Assembly: GCA_037379345.1 (NCBI GenBank)
Contig: CM074513.1
Span: 19,406,001 to 19,470,000 of the forward strand
Direction of reading: 5' to 3'
Source: Perna viridis
Taxonomy: Eukaryota
DNA length: 64,000 bases
Part shown: positions 51,461 through 62,724 of the stretch, in pieces
How the letters are laid out: the number at the start of each line of letters is the position of its first letter
Position numbering within the stretch: the stretch's first letter is position 1
Program-made: the position numbers and the translations under genes
Notes under the pieces: model-generated
Databases searched by the model: none
Seen by the model: the letters and a program-made list of their open reading frames with translations, nothing else
What the model was told of the DNA's origin: nothing

Positions 51461-52553
51461 CGTAAACAAATCTTTTATTTCACAACAGTTGTAACGTACG
51501 TAAAATAAGTAATAATTACGCTTCTCTACAAATTAGGACCATGTTGAAATAAAATTGTTCGCGCATCTCACCTAGATATGCCTGCAGGAGTCGAACCTTG
51601 AACAGATGGGACAAATATTGACACAAAGTTCAAGCTTGGTACAACACTGAAATTTATTTATGACTAAATGTATGACACAAGTTAATATGAGCAACGTCCT
51701 ATATATAGATATACAAGTATGTAGAATGTAAGTTCAAAACTATGAATGGCTATATTCTGACGAAAGTGACGAAAATTGTCGACAAGGAAGTAGACGATTG
51801 CGAAAGTGCGGAGGCACCGTTTTGTCTTTTAAAATAATACCTCGATGAATACGATTTTATATTTATTTATTTACTTTATAATTTGAAAATTATTGGCTGC
51901 GTAGAAAGGTATAAGCGTTCCCAAAAGAAAGTCTCACACATTCTCCTCACCGAATGAGATTCCGTCCATATATACATGTAGCAACATGGCAGTGCACCGT
52001 AAACCATGAATAAACTCCGTCCATCATTTGCACAGCGTAAAATCATATTATTTTGATTAGAATGAAAAGAGTTAAATAATATGAGACTCCCTTTTTATGA
52101 ATTAAGTCCCATAACGTTTAATCAGAAATCACAAATTTTCAAAAATTGAATGGGAACTTCCATAAATATAGATAAACTATTCAGCAAAATGTCATTACAA
52201 TTGCTGCATGGGTTTATGAGTTATGGTCCAAAAACAGAAAATCACCCCATATTTGTACGAATAAAGTTCCATAACTGAAAAACAATGGAAATTCATTAAA
52301 AAACATCTTGCCCCATTGTCATACAAATTAGCCCGAGATGTGCATCTTTTATTTCTAACAGACAATCAAAATATACAATATATAGGAAGTAAATCGTTTT
52401 AAATGATCTATTAAGTAACAAAGTAAAAACAGTATAACACATTTTGAAAGGTACTTTGAGTAGCATGAATACTCAGTGCAAGAATGCTGAATTGTGTTGC
52501 TCTAGTAAAGCACATAATTAATATATGAAACATGAACAATAAAATAAATTTAA

Positions 52554-52765
52554 GGAGGTCGACCTAGGGTATAGGACATAACTCTTGAAATCAGTGATGT
52601 GTTTGTATCATATTCAATTTCATAAAAGCCTTTCAAGCTTTCATCTGAAACAGAATTAAATCAGTCAAAGTTACTTTGACGCTTCTATGAGACTGATGTA
52701 ATATGGTAAGAACAAACGTTCCAATGACTTTTAAGATTTGTGTCCTTTAACCTACGTCTACTTCC
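52554..52765. mobile_element. Kolobok-type MITE (TTAA TSD, GG...CC termini)
   Basis: TTAA|GGAGGTCGACCTAGG ... CCTACGTCTACTTCC|TTAA. Confidence 0.75.
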
Positions 52766-53094
52766 TTAAAGACAATTATCATTTTAATAATGATAAAAAA
52801 AGACAGAAAAATAATGAGAAAAAAAGGCTTGATAATTACAAGACGCAAGGGAAGTCTTTAGCGATGACATTGAGTATAAAATTTAAAACTTGTCCTGACA
52901 ATCAAGACGCTTCCTGAAGCATTTCATTTATTTGAGGTAATGGGGAGCGACCATGTAAAATCAGAATTAGCCACCCAAGACGGCATAATTATTTGAACGA
53001 GAGTAACTCTATAAGGAAAGGGCTGGATAAGATAGTAAAATAATTAACTACTATTCGAAAAAAAAATATTATGAATATTGTTGGTAATTCTGTT

Positions 53095-53560
53095 GCTGTT
53101 ACAACATTTCCCAGAGAAGAGATAGTGGAAAACTACGAATCTGTGCTATCCTCTTTTGGTCTCTCTATCAAAGACGATGGTTGTGATTTACCGTCTATGT
53201 ACTGGGTTCCTAAACTCCACAAGAATCCATACAAACAACGTTACATAGATGGATCTGCAAAATGTACCACCAAACTTCTTTCAAAAAAACTTTTAACTTC
53301 TATACTCACAGCGTCAAATAGGGTATCGAGTCGTACCACAACACTTGTTACTCCTGTAGTGTTATTAATTCAATGTGGATCCTGAAAAATTCGAAAGATG
53401 TTTGGAAACCCTCAATTCAAGATTATTATCAGGAAATAATAGCATTAAAACCTATGTTTTTCAACATTTTTCACTTCTATTCTCCACATTATACATCTTT
53501 GTCCCTGGATTACATTCTTTGTTGATTTCCGCTAGCATCTTGTTTCCCTCGATTACTCTT
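53095..53560 (+). mobile_element. Penelope-like RT core fragment fused directly to the family 3' tail
   Basis: LPSMYWVPKLHKNPYKQRYI.GSAKCTTK (PLE RT), frameshifted; ends ...cctcgattactcttt. Confidence 0.88.
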
Positions 53561-53840
53561 TAAAATGCTGTTCATTTAAAAAAAATCACTTTGGCAAGCA
53601 TGTTGAAGTCTTGGCTTCTTGAAATACATTGTAGCAACGCTACTGGATTTTCCTATGACTTAAATTTATGACAGTATACATGCAACTAACATTTATTGAC
53701 ACGAAACCCACATCCTCATTCAATTTGAAAGACAAGAAAAATATTGTGTCTTTCGCATAATCAAAAGTTTCTGTAAAAATACTATATGCAAAGCAATTTC
53801 ACGCAAAGTAATATATTTACATTATTTTGTTAGTATGCCT

Positions 53841-55249
53841 TCATAGAAGTTCCTCTTCTTCTTGTCCTCCAATGCTTTCTTTTTGCGATGATATTTCGAT
53901 TTCCGTATTGTTAGTGTTTGTTTTAGGCACATAATAATTCGGTCCGACCAACGATAAAACTACAGGGAGCAATAGCGTAGCATGCATGGCTCCAATTACC
54001 ATGACGATGACAATTACCTTGAAAAAGGAGAAGAAAACAAACGATTTTGAAAATGCCAGCATCATGACCCCAATGATTGTTGAAATAGCACCATTTAAAA
54101 TTAGCCCTCCTGACCTATCAATTGCTGTCGCTGCCCTCGCATTGTTTATAGTCCCTTCCGCTTGAAAAAAAGCGTGACATATACGAGCACTAAAATCTAT
54201 TGAGAAACCAACACACATAATAATATGTATCATTGTTACTGAGCTTAAAGTCAAGCCCCAAAAATGCATGAATCCAATAACCCCAACCATTATCATTGCG
54301 GCTGACAAAGTAACAAGAAGGATAAGAACCGGAAGTGGCATGAAAAATACAGTTACCAAACATACCACAAGTATGCATGTAAGCAATGTCTGAATGGTCT
54401 GAGGAATAATTTGGACATATTGTTCAAAGAATATGAAAGCTGGAGAGTAAACAAAAACAGGGAGATCCGATACTTTTAAACCAACCCGTAAACGTTTCAT
54501 CAGACCTGCTAGTGATCTTGAAGTTAACAGACTTGTACTTTTTACAAAGAACCTCGAGGCAACGACAGAAAACTTTTTGATTGTGACGTCATTGATAAAG
54601 AGGTTACCTTGTTTGGTTGAAAGAAATTGTTTTAAGCCGTCGATGAAATTGACATCAGAAGTATTGTCATACAATGGAGTTTGCATGTAGGCGTGTAACC
54701 AAGATATCTGAAAATCATTTTCTATATCAATTTCTTTTTTAGCATTTTCTAGAAAAGAGTTGATCGATGTTAATGTCGAATTTGATCGATAACTTATTGG
54801 TGAATAGATATTTAATGAAAGCAACAAATTTTGACTAAACATATTATGGTTTAAATTGTAAAATTTATAATAGTAAGAATCCTTAGAAACGAGATCCCGA
54901 AGGTCCAAATCATCCCGGAAATTGGTCACACTCCAAACTGACAGACCTAAATACCCAAAAAATAACAACAATACTGGTATTTTTGCAGGTGTAAAGAGCA
55001 ACAGGCGCTTGACCACCCGTTTCGGAAATTTTTCAATTGGTGCTTCCAACTCATCTGTTGTTTTTTGTGGTTCATCACAACAACACAAAACATCAACATT
55101 TGACTTGTTTTCATTATCGTTACCCGCATTCGATTTCAACTTTATACATGTTGCCCAATGCAGATTTCTCGGAACTCGTTTTTCGATGATGGTCATCACT
55201 CCGACGAAGAAGGTCACGTAATTAAAGTAGCAAAACAGGATTGCACAAC
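53841..55249 (-). CDS. PTCHD3: PTCHD3-like exon 4 (terminal)
   Basis: ttgcag|GT ... TGA, 1409 nt, contains the 458-aa ORF in the track. Confidence 0.95.
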
Positions 55250-58200
55250 CTGCAATACAGTTTAAGTCAATATATTAATAGAATGGTTATTCATTATTGG
55301 CAATAAATGAAACTTGTTATCTATAAATTGATTGCTGTAGTTAAAGTACCACTGTTACGTCCCTCTTCACCTGGAGAGAAAGATGACTACTGGAATTACA
55401 TTAGTTTCTAAAACTGTTTGTAAAAGTCGAATGCGACGACTTCCAGGATTGGTTATGTTTCGGACTAATAATAGTAAATAAATGATAACGGTCAGAGAGA
55501 AAAATGCACTCTACAGAGCGGTGTAGATTTCAAGTGCTGCAAGGTTTTTTGTTGGTGATACAAATCTTTAAAGACAGGTGCATATCCGAAAAGTTTAAAA
55601 GAAGAGGAGGGGATTCTAGAGGGGATTATAGAACAAGAGGCACTAAAGAGCATAAATCGCACACATAGCTTGATAAGCTACATTCTGTAATAGAAACGTT
55701 TGTTTAAACGCACGACAAACGCACGATAGAAAGGTTCCTTTAAACACACGATAGGAGCGTTCCTTTACCCCGTCAGAATTTGGCTTAACCTAATTGTTTT
55801 GAAGATAAATGCGTAAAACTGTCGTCTGACCACAAAGATTTATTTTTAGTAACGATGGCCATGTTTGTCGACAGACATATAATGGTAACAACAAAATTAC
55901 CGAACACTAATCCGATCCATAATCAAGTCAAGAACAAAACAGACCTGGCAAAATAAATCGATATTAACAGGAACAGCTGGTACCGCAATGGTCCTGACTT
56001 GGTAAGGGCATTTCAAAGGAAATGGTTGGTTAAATCTAGGTTTTCAACGCGCTTAATCTCTCCCATTGCAGGCTGAATGTACCGGTGAATGTACCGGTGG
56101 TGATTAAATAGCATTTGCATGTAATTGCATCATAATGGGTAAATCAGCGATAACATCAGCACAAAGAACAATTTACAAAAACATTACTCATTATTGTAGA
56201 AGAAATTTAGTATATTTTAACAAAGGACTGATATCTTTGAAAAATTTGGTAAGATACCTTTTTGAAACGCATTTCCTCATACCCCTGATCTAGGAATTTG
56301 TTACGCAGATATTTATGGCGAACAAGAAAATCAGAATAGTTAGTACTTGCTCTAGCGTAGCGAAAAACTACTGTGTGATCCCCATTTTTTTAATAACGAC
56401 GGTCATGTTTTTTGACGGATCAAAAGTCTCCTCGTCAGTTCTGTGCAGGATACCCCAAGGCATATTCATACCAAGTAGGTTTCCAAATGGTCATATAGTG
56501 TCAAAGGAGAAGAGGTTTGCAAAAATTGTTGACGACGACGGACGCCAAGTGATGGCACAGAAGATGCAAAACTGTATTCTCCTTTATCTTGAGTTCTGGT
56601 GGATACCAAAGATTTTGGAGATAAATTAAAAAAAAAAACAAAAATGTTGTTGAACCTTTATGTCCTAATTTTAGTAACGGCGATCTTGTATGTTGACAGA
56701 TCAAAATATATCCCCACACGAATTCTATGATGAATACCCTTAGAAACATTCATGCCAAATTTTGTTCTAATTGGTCTAGTGGTGTAAGAGGAAAGAGTTT
56801 TGAAAGTAATAGCAATAAAATAACAAAACTAGAGTCTCTTAATAGCCTGGCTTGATATGTTAGATTTTAAGCCATAATTAAAGCAATACCCAAATCACGA
56901 CATAATAGAAATAGACATGACATAAAAAACGGAGACAGCAAAAAACAAACCACCAACAAACGACGGAAGCAAACCATATTTAATTAAACGAAAATGAGAA
57001 ACCCACACTCCATCACAAAAAAAAAAAAACATGGGCCAGAAAATCAGTCATAATAAACAATACATAGATCGTAATTAATGTTACAAATTACCTGTATACC
57101 AGCAGAAATTGCTAACGCTTGGAAACACAGACGCAGCACCCACACACAACACAACTATTTCTGTAAGTGACGTAATTGTAATGGCTACCCCACTTATTTT
57201 CATGGCAGAAGAGATTCGGGTAGGAACGTCGTCTCCATTATTTGTATCAGCTATGGCAGACAGTAAAACAAACATATCGTCAACACCAATTCCTGTGAAA
57301 ACAGAGAACTTGAAGTATACCGTAAAATGTTTTTTGTGATCATGTGTTTGATAACTCCGTTAATCAAGTTGACCTTTTCGTGTTAAGTGCGGGATAGTTG
57401 ATGAGCATGCTCAATAAACACTTCCACGAGTAAAATCGTTTGGTTGTACCCCAAAACCTACCTCACGGAAGTATATTTGACGCATGCAAATCGCCTGTCC
57501 CTCAATTATCAAAAAAGGATCTATAGCAACATTTTTTCTCTTATTCACCTAAAGTTGTTTGACTATCCATGTGAAACAAATGGTAACGGTACAACACAAA
57601 CAAAACCATAGCACTAGAGATACGAACTCCCACAGAAAAAAATACGTTTTCATAAACAAAAATAAACGAATTTTTTTTTTTTTACGTTAGAAGACAAATG
57701 AAAACTAAATATGTGAAAAAAAGTTATCTTATCAATTACAACTAAAGGTATGATTAATGTACCTAATATCAGGAAAGGCATTGCTCCAACACTATCCACG
57801 AACTTCACACCACATAGACTGCATAAACCGAAAGAACCGAGAATAGCCAACCCCGTCGACAGTACTCCAGCTAGCCCAAGATAGTAACTGTTGTCCACAC
57901 AGTTAATTCTCATCAATGTCAAACAAGAAAAGATAATAACAAGTGTAAAGGAAACGGGAAAAAATGAGATATCCCCTGAAACATGCTTGCTTAGCTCCTC
58001 GCTAAGACTTTCGGATGTCGAGTACTCTATACTAATATTTTTGTTAGTGAAAGATGTTATGTCAGTCAAATATGTCTTTTCCCACATTGAGGCAAGCTCT
58101 GGTTGTTCCTTCTGTAGATTATACCTAAACTTAAGGGCTTTTGCCGATGAGACCCTACCAGAGATTTTAATAGCACCACCAATAATCTGATCTAGGTAAA

Positions 58201-59263
58201 ACCGCTGGCCAGTTGACAGTTGGTAAATCGGAAATGATACAGTTCCCTGTTTTAAATCGACGAGGAATTCTTGGTTAAACAAAATGTTCCCTCCAGTTTC
58301 ACATTGCCCATGGGTACGAGCACATATGTCTTTATATGCAAAAGTTATGCCATTTTTACGGAGAGTAGATATCCTTTCTATATAAGTGATTAAATTTTGA
58401 ATGTCTTCCCAGTAGGTATAGTTAAAAATATTTCCTCCACTCTTCAGTTGAACAATGACTTCAGCGTACAGTCCAAAATCATGAAGACTTTGTTGATAGA
58501 AGTTTTCACTTGTGTTGACATTAAATAAAGACTTTACCTGGAAAGAATTTACAATCTACTGCGATTGCTATCAAAAAAATACTAGTATTGAAAAGGCTGA
58601 CATATCATATAACATTTAGTTTCACTTTCAATTGCCTTTGTTGTCCGCACCTGATCTTAAAAACGGCTCGAAAGAGTAATCAAGGGAAGCAAGATTTTAG
58701 TGGAAATCAAAAGAATGTAATCCAGGGACAATGTTCAGACAAGGAAAACAGACACACACACCAAAGAACATAAAATAACCAAAATAATACATACAAAGTA
58801 ACAAAGTATCGCTTTACAAAACATATATATCAAGTTTATCATTCTGGATATTTTGTCCAAACATTTCAGGCAAAACTGTTCAAAGATTTTCATTAGTTTA
58901 ATATTACTGCCTATTTTTATATTCCCCTTGCTTGCCTTTTAAGTTACATTTAACATGATAAGCAAAAATATTATTTTTTTCGTTAATTGTCGAGTTGCAA
59001 TAGAGTCACAAAAAGATATCTATGATAGATACCGTATTTTGGTCTTTACTTGCTTCACTCCCAGTTGGTGCATACTGCTCTATTCCAGATTCTCTTTCCA
59101 TTGAAAGGACGCCTAAACCCAGGCCAATTTCTATGACTGACACAATACTAATTACTTTTAATGGATGATTCGCCATGAACTTTCCATAGCGTCCAAATAC
59201 ACCTTCAATGATCTCGTCTACTTTTCTGTGTATCTTGTAAATGCACTTCATCTGTCTTGTCAT
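53841..59263 (-). CDS. PTCHD3: Patched domain-containing protein 3-like (patched-related, SSD/RND family), 4 coding exons, 871 aa
   Basis: Join 59033-59263, 57763-58537, 57092-57292, 53841-55249 is in frame. N-terminal TM (YGKFMANHP...), sterol-sensing domain with MPFLILGIGVDDMF and ITITSLT, second luminal loop (DLVSKDSY), YSPAFIFFEQY, GFSIDF and C-terminal TM block. The symbol means family-like, not proven orthology. Confidence 0.92.
55632..56830. mobile_element. Helentron-type element (same family as 16836-17817) with internal insertions, in PTCHD3-like intron 3
   Basis: aacaagaggc start; repeated ttttagtaacg..ggccatgttt and cattcataccaagt blocks; gacgacgacggacgccaagtgatggca. Confidence 0.6.
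57092..57292 (-). CDS. PTCHD3: PTCHD3-like exon 3 (GIGVDDMF...)
   Basis: cacag|GA ... ACA G|gtaatt, 201 nt. Confidence 0.94.
57763..58537 (-). CDS. PTCHD3: PTCHD3-like exon 2
   Basis: ttccag|GTA ... TTA G|gtacat, 775 nt open frame. Confidence 0.92.
58671..58806 (-). mobile_element. Short PLE 3' tail fragment in PTCHD3-like intron 1
   Basis: aaagagtaatcaagggaa...aagaatgtaatccagggaca. Confidence 0.8.
59033..59263 (-). CDS. PTCHD3: PTCHD3-like exon 1
   Basis: ATG preceded by in-frame TAA, donor ACG|gtatct, 231 nt. Confidence 0.87.
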
Positions 59264-59669
59264 TAATTATTTTGTGCTTGAAAACTATACCACATATCCA
59301 CCTTCTGTTTTTTGGTTTGAAGGTTTCGATAAAGTCAAAACCAACATCATCTAAAAAAAAACTCAAATTTTACTGCATTTTATATTAAATATCAATACAA
59401 ATGTTGCTTGTATAATATATGTTTCAATTAAAACATTGAAAATCATTATTATAGTTTTATTTCCAGTGCTAATTAAAATGGGTACCATGGGTTCCAAAGG
59501 ATGCTAGTTCCAAAACACCTACAGAAGTGATAACAGGTAATTACAGAGGCATTTCAATACTTTATAATATATTACTTTCTGAATAATTCAATAGAATTAA
59601 TATCATTCTATATCATATATTTAGATTAAAGTATAACTTTTTTGTATACGCATTATAAGTGTTTGTTTA

Positions 59670-59785
59670 AACCCTATATCATCTACCGTATATAGCATAC
59701 CCCTTATCACACCTCTAGACCTACATGTATATCGCATACCCTATATCACACCCTAGACCTATATCGTATACCCTATATCATACTC
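59670..59785. repeat. Short tandem repeat of ACCCTATATC/CTAGACCTATATCG units
   Basis: Seen directly. Confidence 0.7.
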
Positions 59786-59819
59786 CTTTGCAGACCATAC
59801 TTGAAGTATGGTTATAATA

Positions 59820-59979
59820 TATGATATAATGAACATACCATGTCAAAATCTTATCACATGCTGTATCAACCCTCGACCTATATCATCCGTGGGCCGGTGG
59901 CATTTGGGATTATAAATGAGTCTCGGGTTGATACAGCATGCGATACAGATTTTGACATGTAATATTCAGTATATCACAT
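59820..59979. mobile_element. Small foldback MITE (about 58-bp arms)
   Basis: catgtcaaaatc.tatcacatgctgtatcaaccc / gggttgatacagcatgcgatacagattttgacatg. Confidence 0.85.
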
Positions 59980-60595
59980 TTAATTTTGGGGATATATATC
60001 GACTACGTCAAATCCATTTATCAGGACTTCAGACAATTGTAAAAGTAACTTAAAAGGGGATGTGATTCAATAAAGTTATTTCAAAACAGATTATGGTCTG
60101 AATGATGTATTATTGTAATAGGTGCTGGTTTTGATCCCTGAATGGAATATTTTTACAACGTTGTACCTTAGAAAACATTACTTCAACAGAAATTGCAACC
60201 GATTTAAATCTCACTTTTTAATATATGTATCCAGTGTGAGTCTAACACATAGGTTATAGTTCCTTATACATACATGTATCTCCAGTCTCCTTCTTGTAAC
60301 TTCAATATTTAAAATTTACCTGCAATGACAAAAGAAACTACATATAAAAATGAATGCTGAATATTAACTACTCATATTATGTTCCATCAAAATACACAAA
60401 ATTAATTCTTTTTTTTTATTTCAATAGAACGGATAAACGACAAACTCCTACCTTTATTAATGTGGCCAAGTTTAAATGATATTTATATTTATGTGATAAA
60501 ATGTTATTTCCTCCAATACTAAATTTTACAACATACGCATTTCACGTTTAATCATAACCATGGTATCAATATCCACTGCATGTATTATCTCTTAA

Positions 60596-60945
60596 GTGTA
60601 AGTGTTTGTAAGAATCAGGTACCGATCTGACAATGTAATATCACTCAAGGATACTTTCTCTATTTGAAAAGGCCATAATTTGATGTTTGCATTACGGGCT
60701 TTGCGCGGAACTTTTTCGATAGTCTTACAAAAATGAGGCTTTGGAGTTATCTATCTGCCCTTGAAATATTCATGTTCAGTGCACCTCCGTGATATTGTAA
60801 CTCAATGGTCCAGCATGATATGGAAAGTCTTGTGTGTTTTCCTTGATTCTGTTGGTGCAAATAGTCAAATTACACTATCAAAATAATTTTTTTTTCATAC
60901 CATGTTTCACCGCTTTTAGGCTTTTTGGTCACGCTTCACTGAATT
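60596..60945 (+). mobile_element. TTAA-flanked MITE family B, copy 3 (right end decayed)
   Basis: TTAA|GTGTAAGTGTTTGTAAGAATCAGG; internal homology to the 48116 copy. Confidence 0.75.
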
Positions 60946-62294
60946 AAGTTCTCCGGGTTTTGTGCAAGTCTTCTCATTCAGCACAACGACGTTGCACTGA
61001 ACAGGTAATTTTTTTTTCTTTTTTGGTCATATATACATATATATGTTTTGATACATATTTATATTATGAGTGTTTGATGCATCCTGTAATAAATTTCAGT
61101 CGTCGTTGTCGTGCGACCATCCACTTTACTTACGTATTATTAAATATTGCCCTAACCCATTTTAGTATTCATGGTACTGTTAGTTTTTGGTTCATGGTGA
61201 TTGTGTCTACTTTGATGAAGTTCTGGTACCTGGAGAATGATACTACATTAATTCCCTTGATTCAAATACACTTTGATAATTGTAGCTTGCTTTTTTCCGA
61301 ATGAGAATAATTTGATATGACCATTTTTACTATTAGAAAAGATGTTGTCTTTATTTTATTTTGGATACAACATTTTCTGGAGCTTAATGTAGGGAGGGTT
61401 ACGTTATCGTATCTAATCCATGGTGTACAAAAACTCACCGAACCAACGATGTTTTTGAGGTCAACACATGCTATATATTTAGGTAACGATAGTCCTTTCT
61501 TTATTCAGGTCAGCATTTTTTTTAGAAACCATACATTTATCTGCCTCTAAAATCAACCAAATAAACCAAACCAAGAACGATAACTCTGGTAAAATGCCAA
61601 TACGCAATCTATAAGTTTTTATTGCAACAACTCAAACTGGTTTTGTGGCCTATAACCATTACTGAATTAGATATATAATTGTATTTGGTTCATGAATCAC
61701 TCCCGGTCAGATTTTTATTAATGCTATCTAATAAGTTGAAGAAAGTATTTCAAAACTGATGCTAATAAAAGTTTTAAAGTGCCAAAAATACTAATACTTA
61801 TAATGTGCTTGAATTTTTCTTCATAGTTAAGATAGCCCATAAAATAATTCCAAAATACATAATTGATAAGGACCTTGTGAAACTTGTGTTAAAACATCTA
61901 ACCACGTCAATAATGCTTTAGATTGTGTATCTGTCTAGTAGGCCTATTTAGATGTAAGTAGTTAACAATTTAGAGAAGATATATCATGTTATTTATGGCT
62001 TCTGTTGTTTAATAGGTAATTGACTGATGGTTAGCTCTCGAAAGTGTTCTATTTTTAGCAACGGTTAAAAATCGCGCTGATAAAAATTAATACATATACA
62101 AAACGTATTATAAACGTATTCAAATTGTTAGCAAATTTCTATGGAGAAAATGTCCCCATAGAGACTAGACTAGTGGTATCAAATTAGGGTATCTTTTAAA
62201 GAAATGTATTTCCGAGGGGACCCCTTCTTATTTTTTTTTATTCCGGAAATACTAAAAAGATATTTACGATTATGTTTCCTCACTGCTACTATTG

Positions 62295-62724
62295 ATATAT
62301 ATATATATAAGGGTCTGAAAAATTCCCAACGATGTTAGAACTGTCAAATTTGCGAAGCAAATTTTTGGGCGTTCCCTCCGCGGGACTCGAACTCGTACCG
62401 ATGTGACATCTATGGCAACACCGCCTGCACTAAGTCCAGCGCCCTAGACCACTCGGCCAGCTAGGCTATATAAAATATAGCTTTCGCTGGCCGGGTCATT
62501 CCTCCTCGTAGGATTAATCTAGGGCTGTAACTTAGTACACGATGTATGGTAGTACGGGACAGTTCATCTAGGTGTTATTATGTAGGATAGAGGATCAAAT
62601 TAATGATGCATGTCACAACAAATCAATATTATACAACGTCTCAGAATGTGACGACTCTATTCGCTACACTGCTCCATCGGATCAAATTGATACAGGGAAG
62701 ATAACGTAAACTTATATATATATA
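62295..62724 (-). mobile_element. (TA)n-flanked element of about 400 bp carrying a tRNA-Leu-derived Pol III unit
   Basis: Minus strand GCCTAGCTGGCCGAGTGGTCTAGGGCGCTGGACTTAG (A box, Leu-TAG-like) ... GAGTTCGAGTCC (B box) ... TTTTT terminator at 62318-62322; (TA)n at both ends. Confidence 0.85.

Noticed and set aside
51755-51785. Hammerhead-like CTGACGA...GAAA...GTC
   Set aside because: No stem II or stem I pairing. Other CTGATGA hits (about 8175, 63025) lack GAAA.
54922-58190. Plus-strand ORFs overlapping the PTCHD3-like exons
   Set aside because: Antisense shadows of the real coding frame.
62370-62466. Functional tRNA-Leu(TAG) gene (also 32875-32970)
   Set aside because: The D arm and T-loop boxes are tRNA-like, but the anticodon stem 3' side and acceptor stem do not pair, and there is a long insert. 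It is a tRNA-derived repeat head.
62488-62570. HDV-like ribozyme (TCC-TCCTCGTA-GGA resembles P3/L3, followed by GG)
   Set aside because: No upstream P1 partner for TTAATCT and no convincing J4/2 C-N-A-A plus P2 strand. Worth an Infernal check on the family consensus, but not supportable here.
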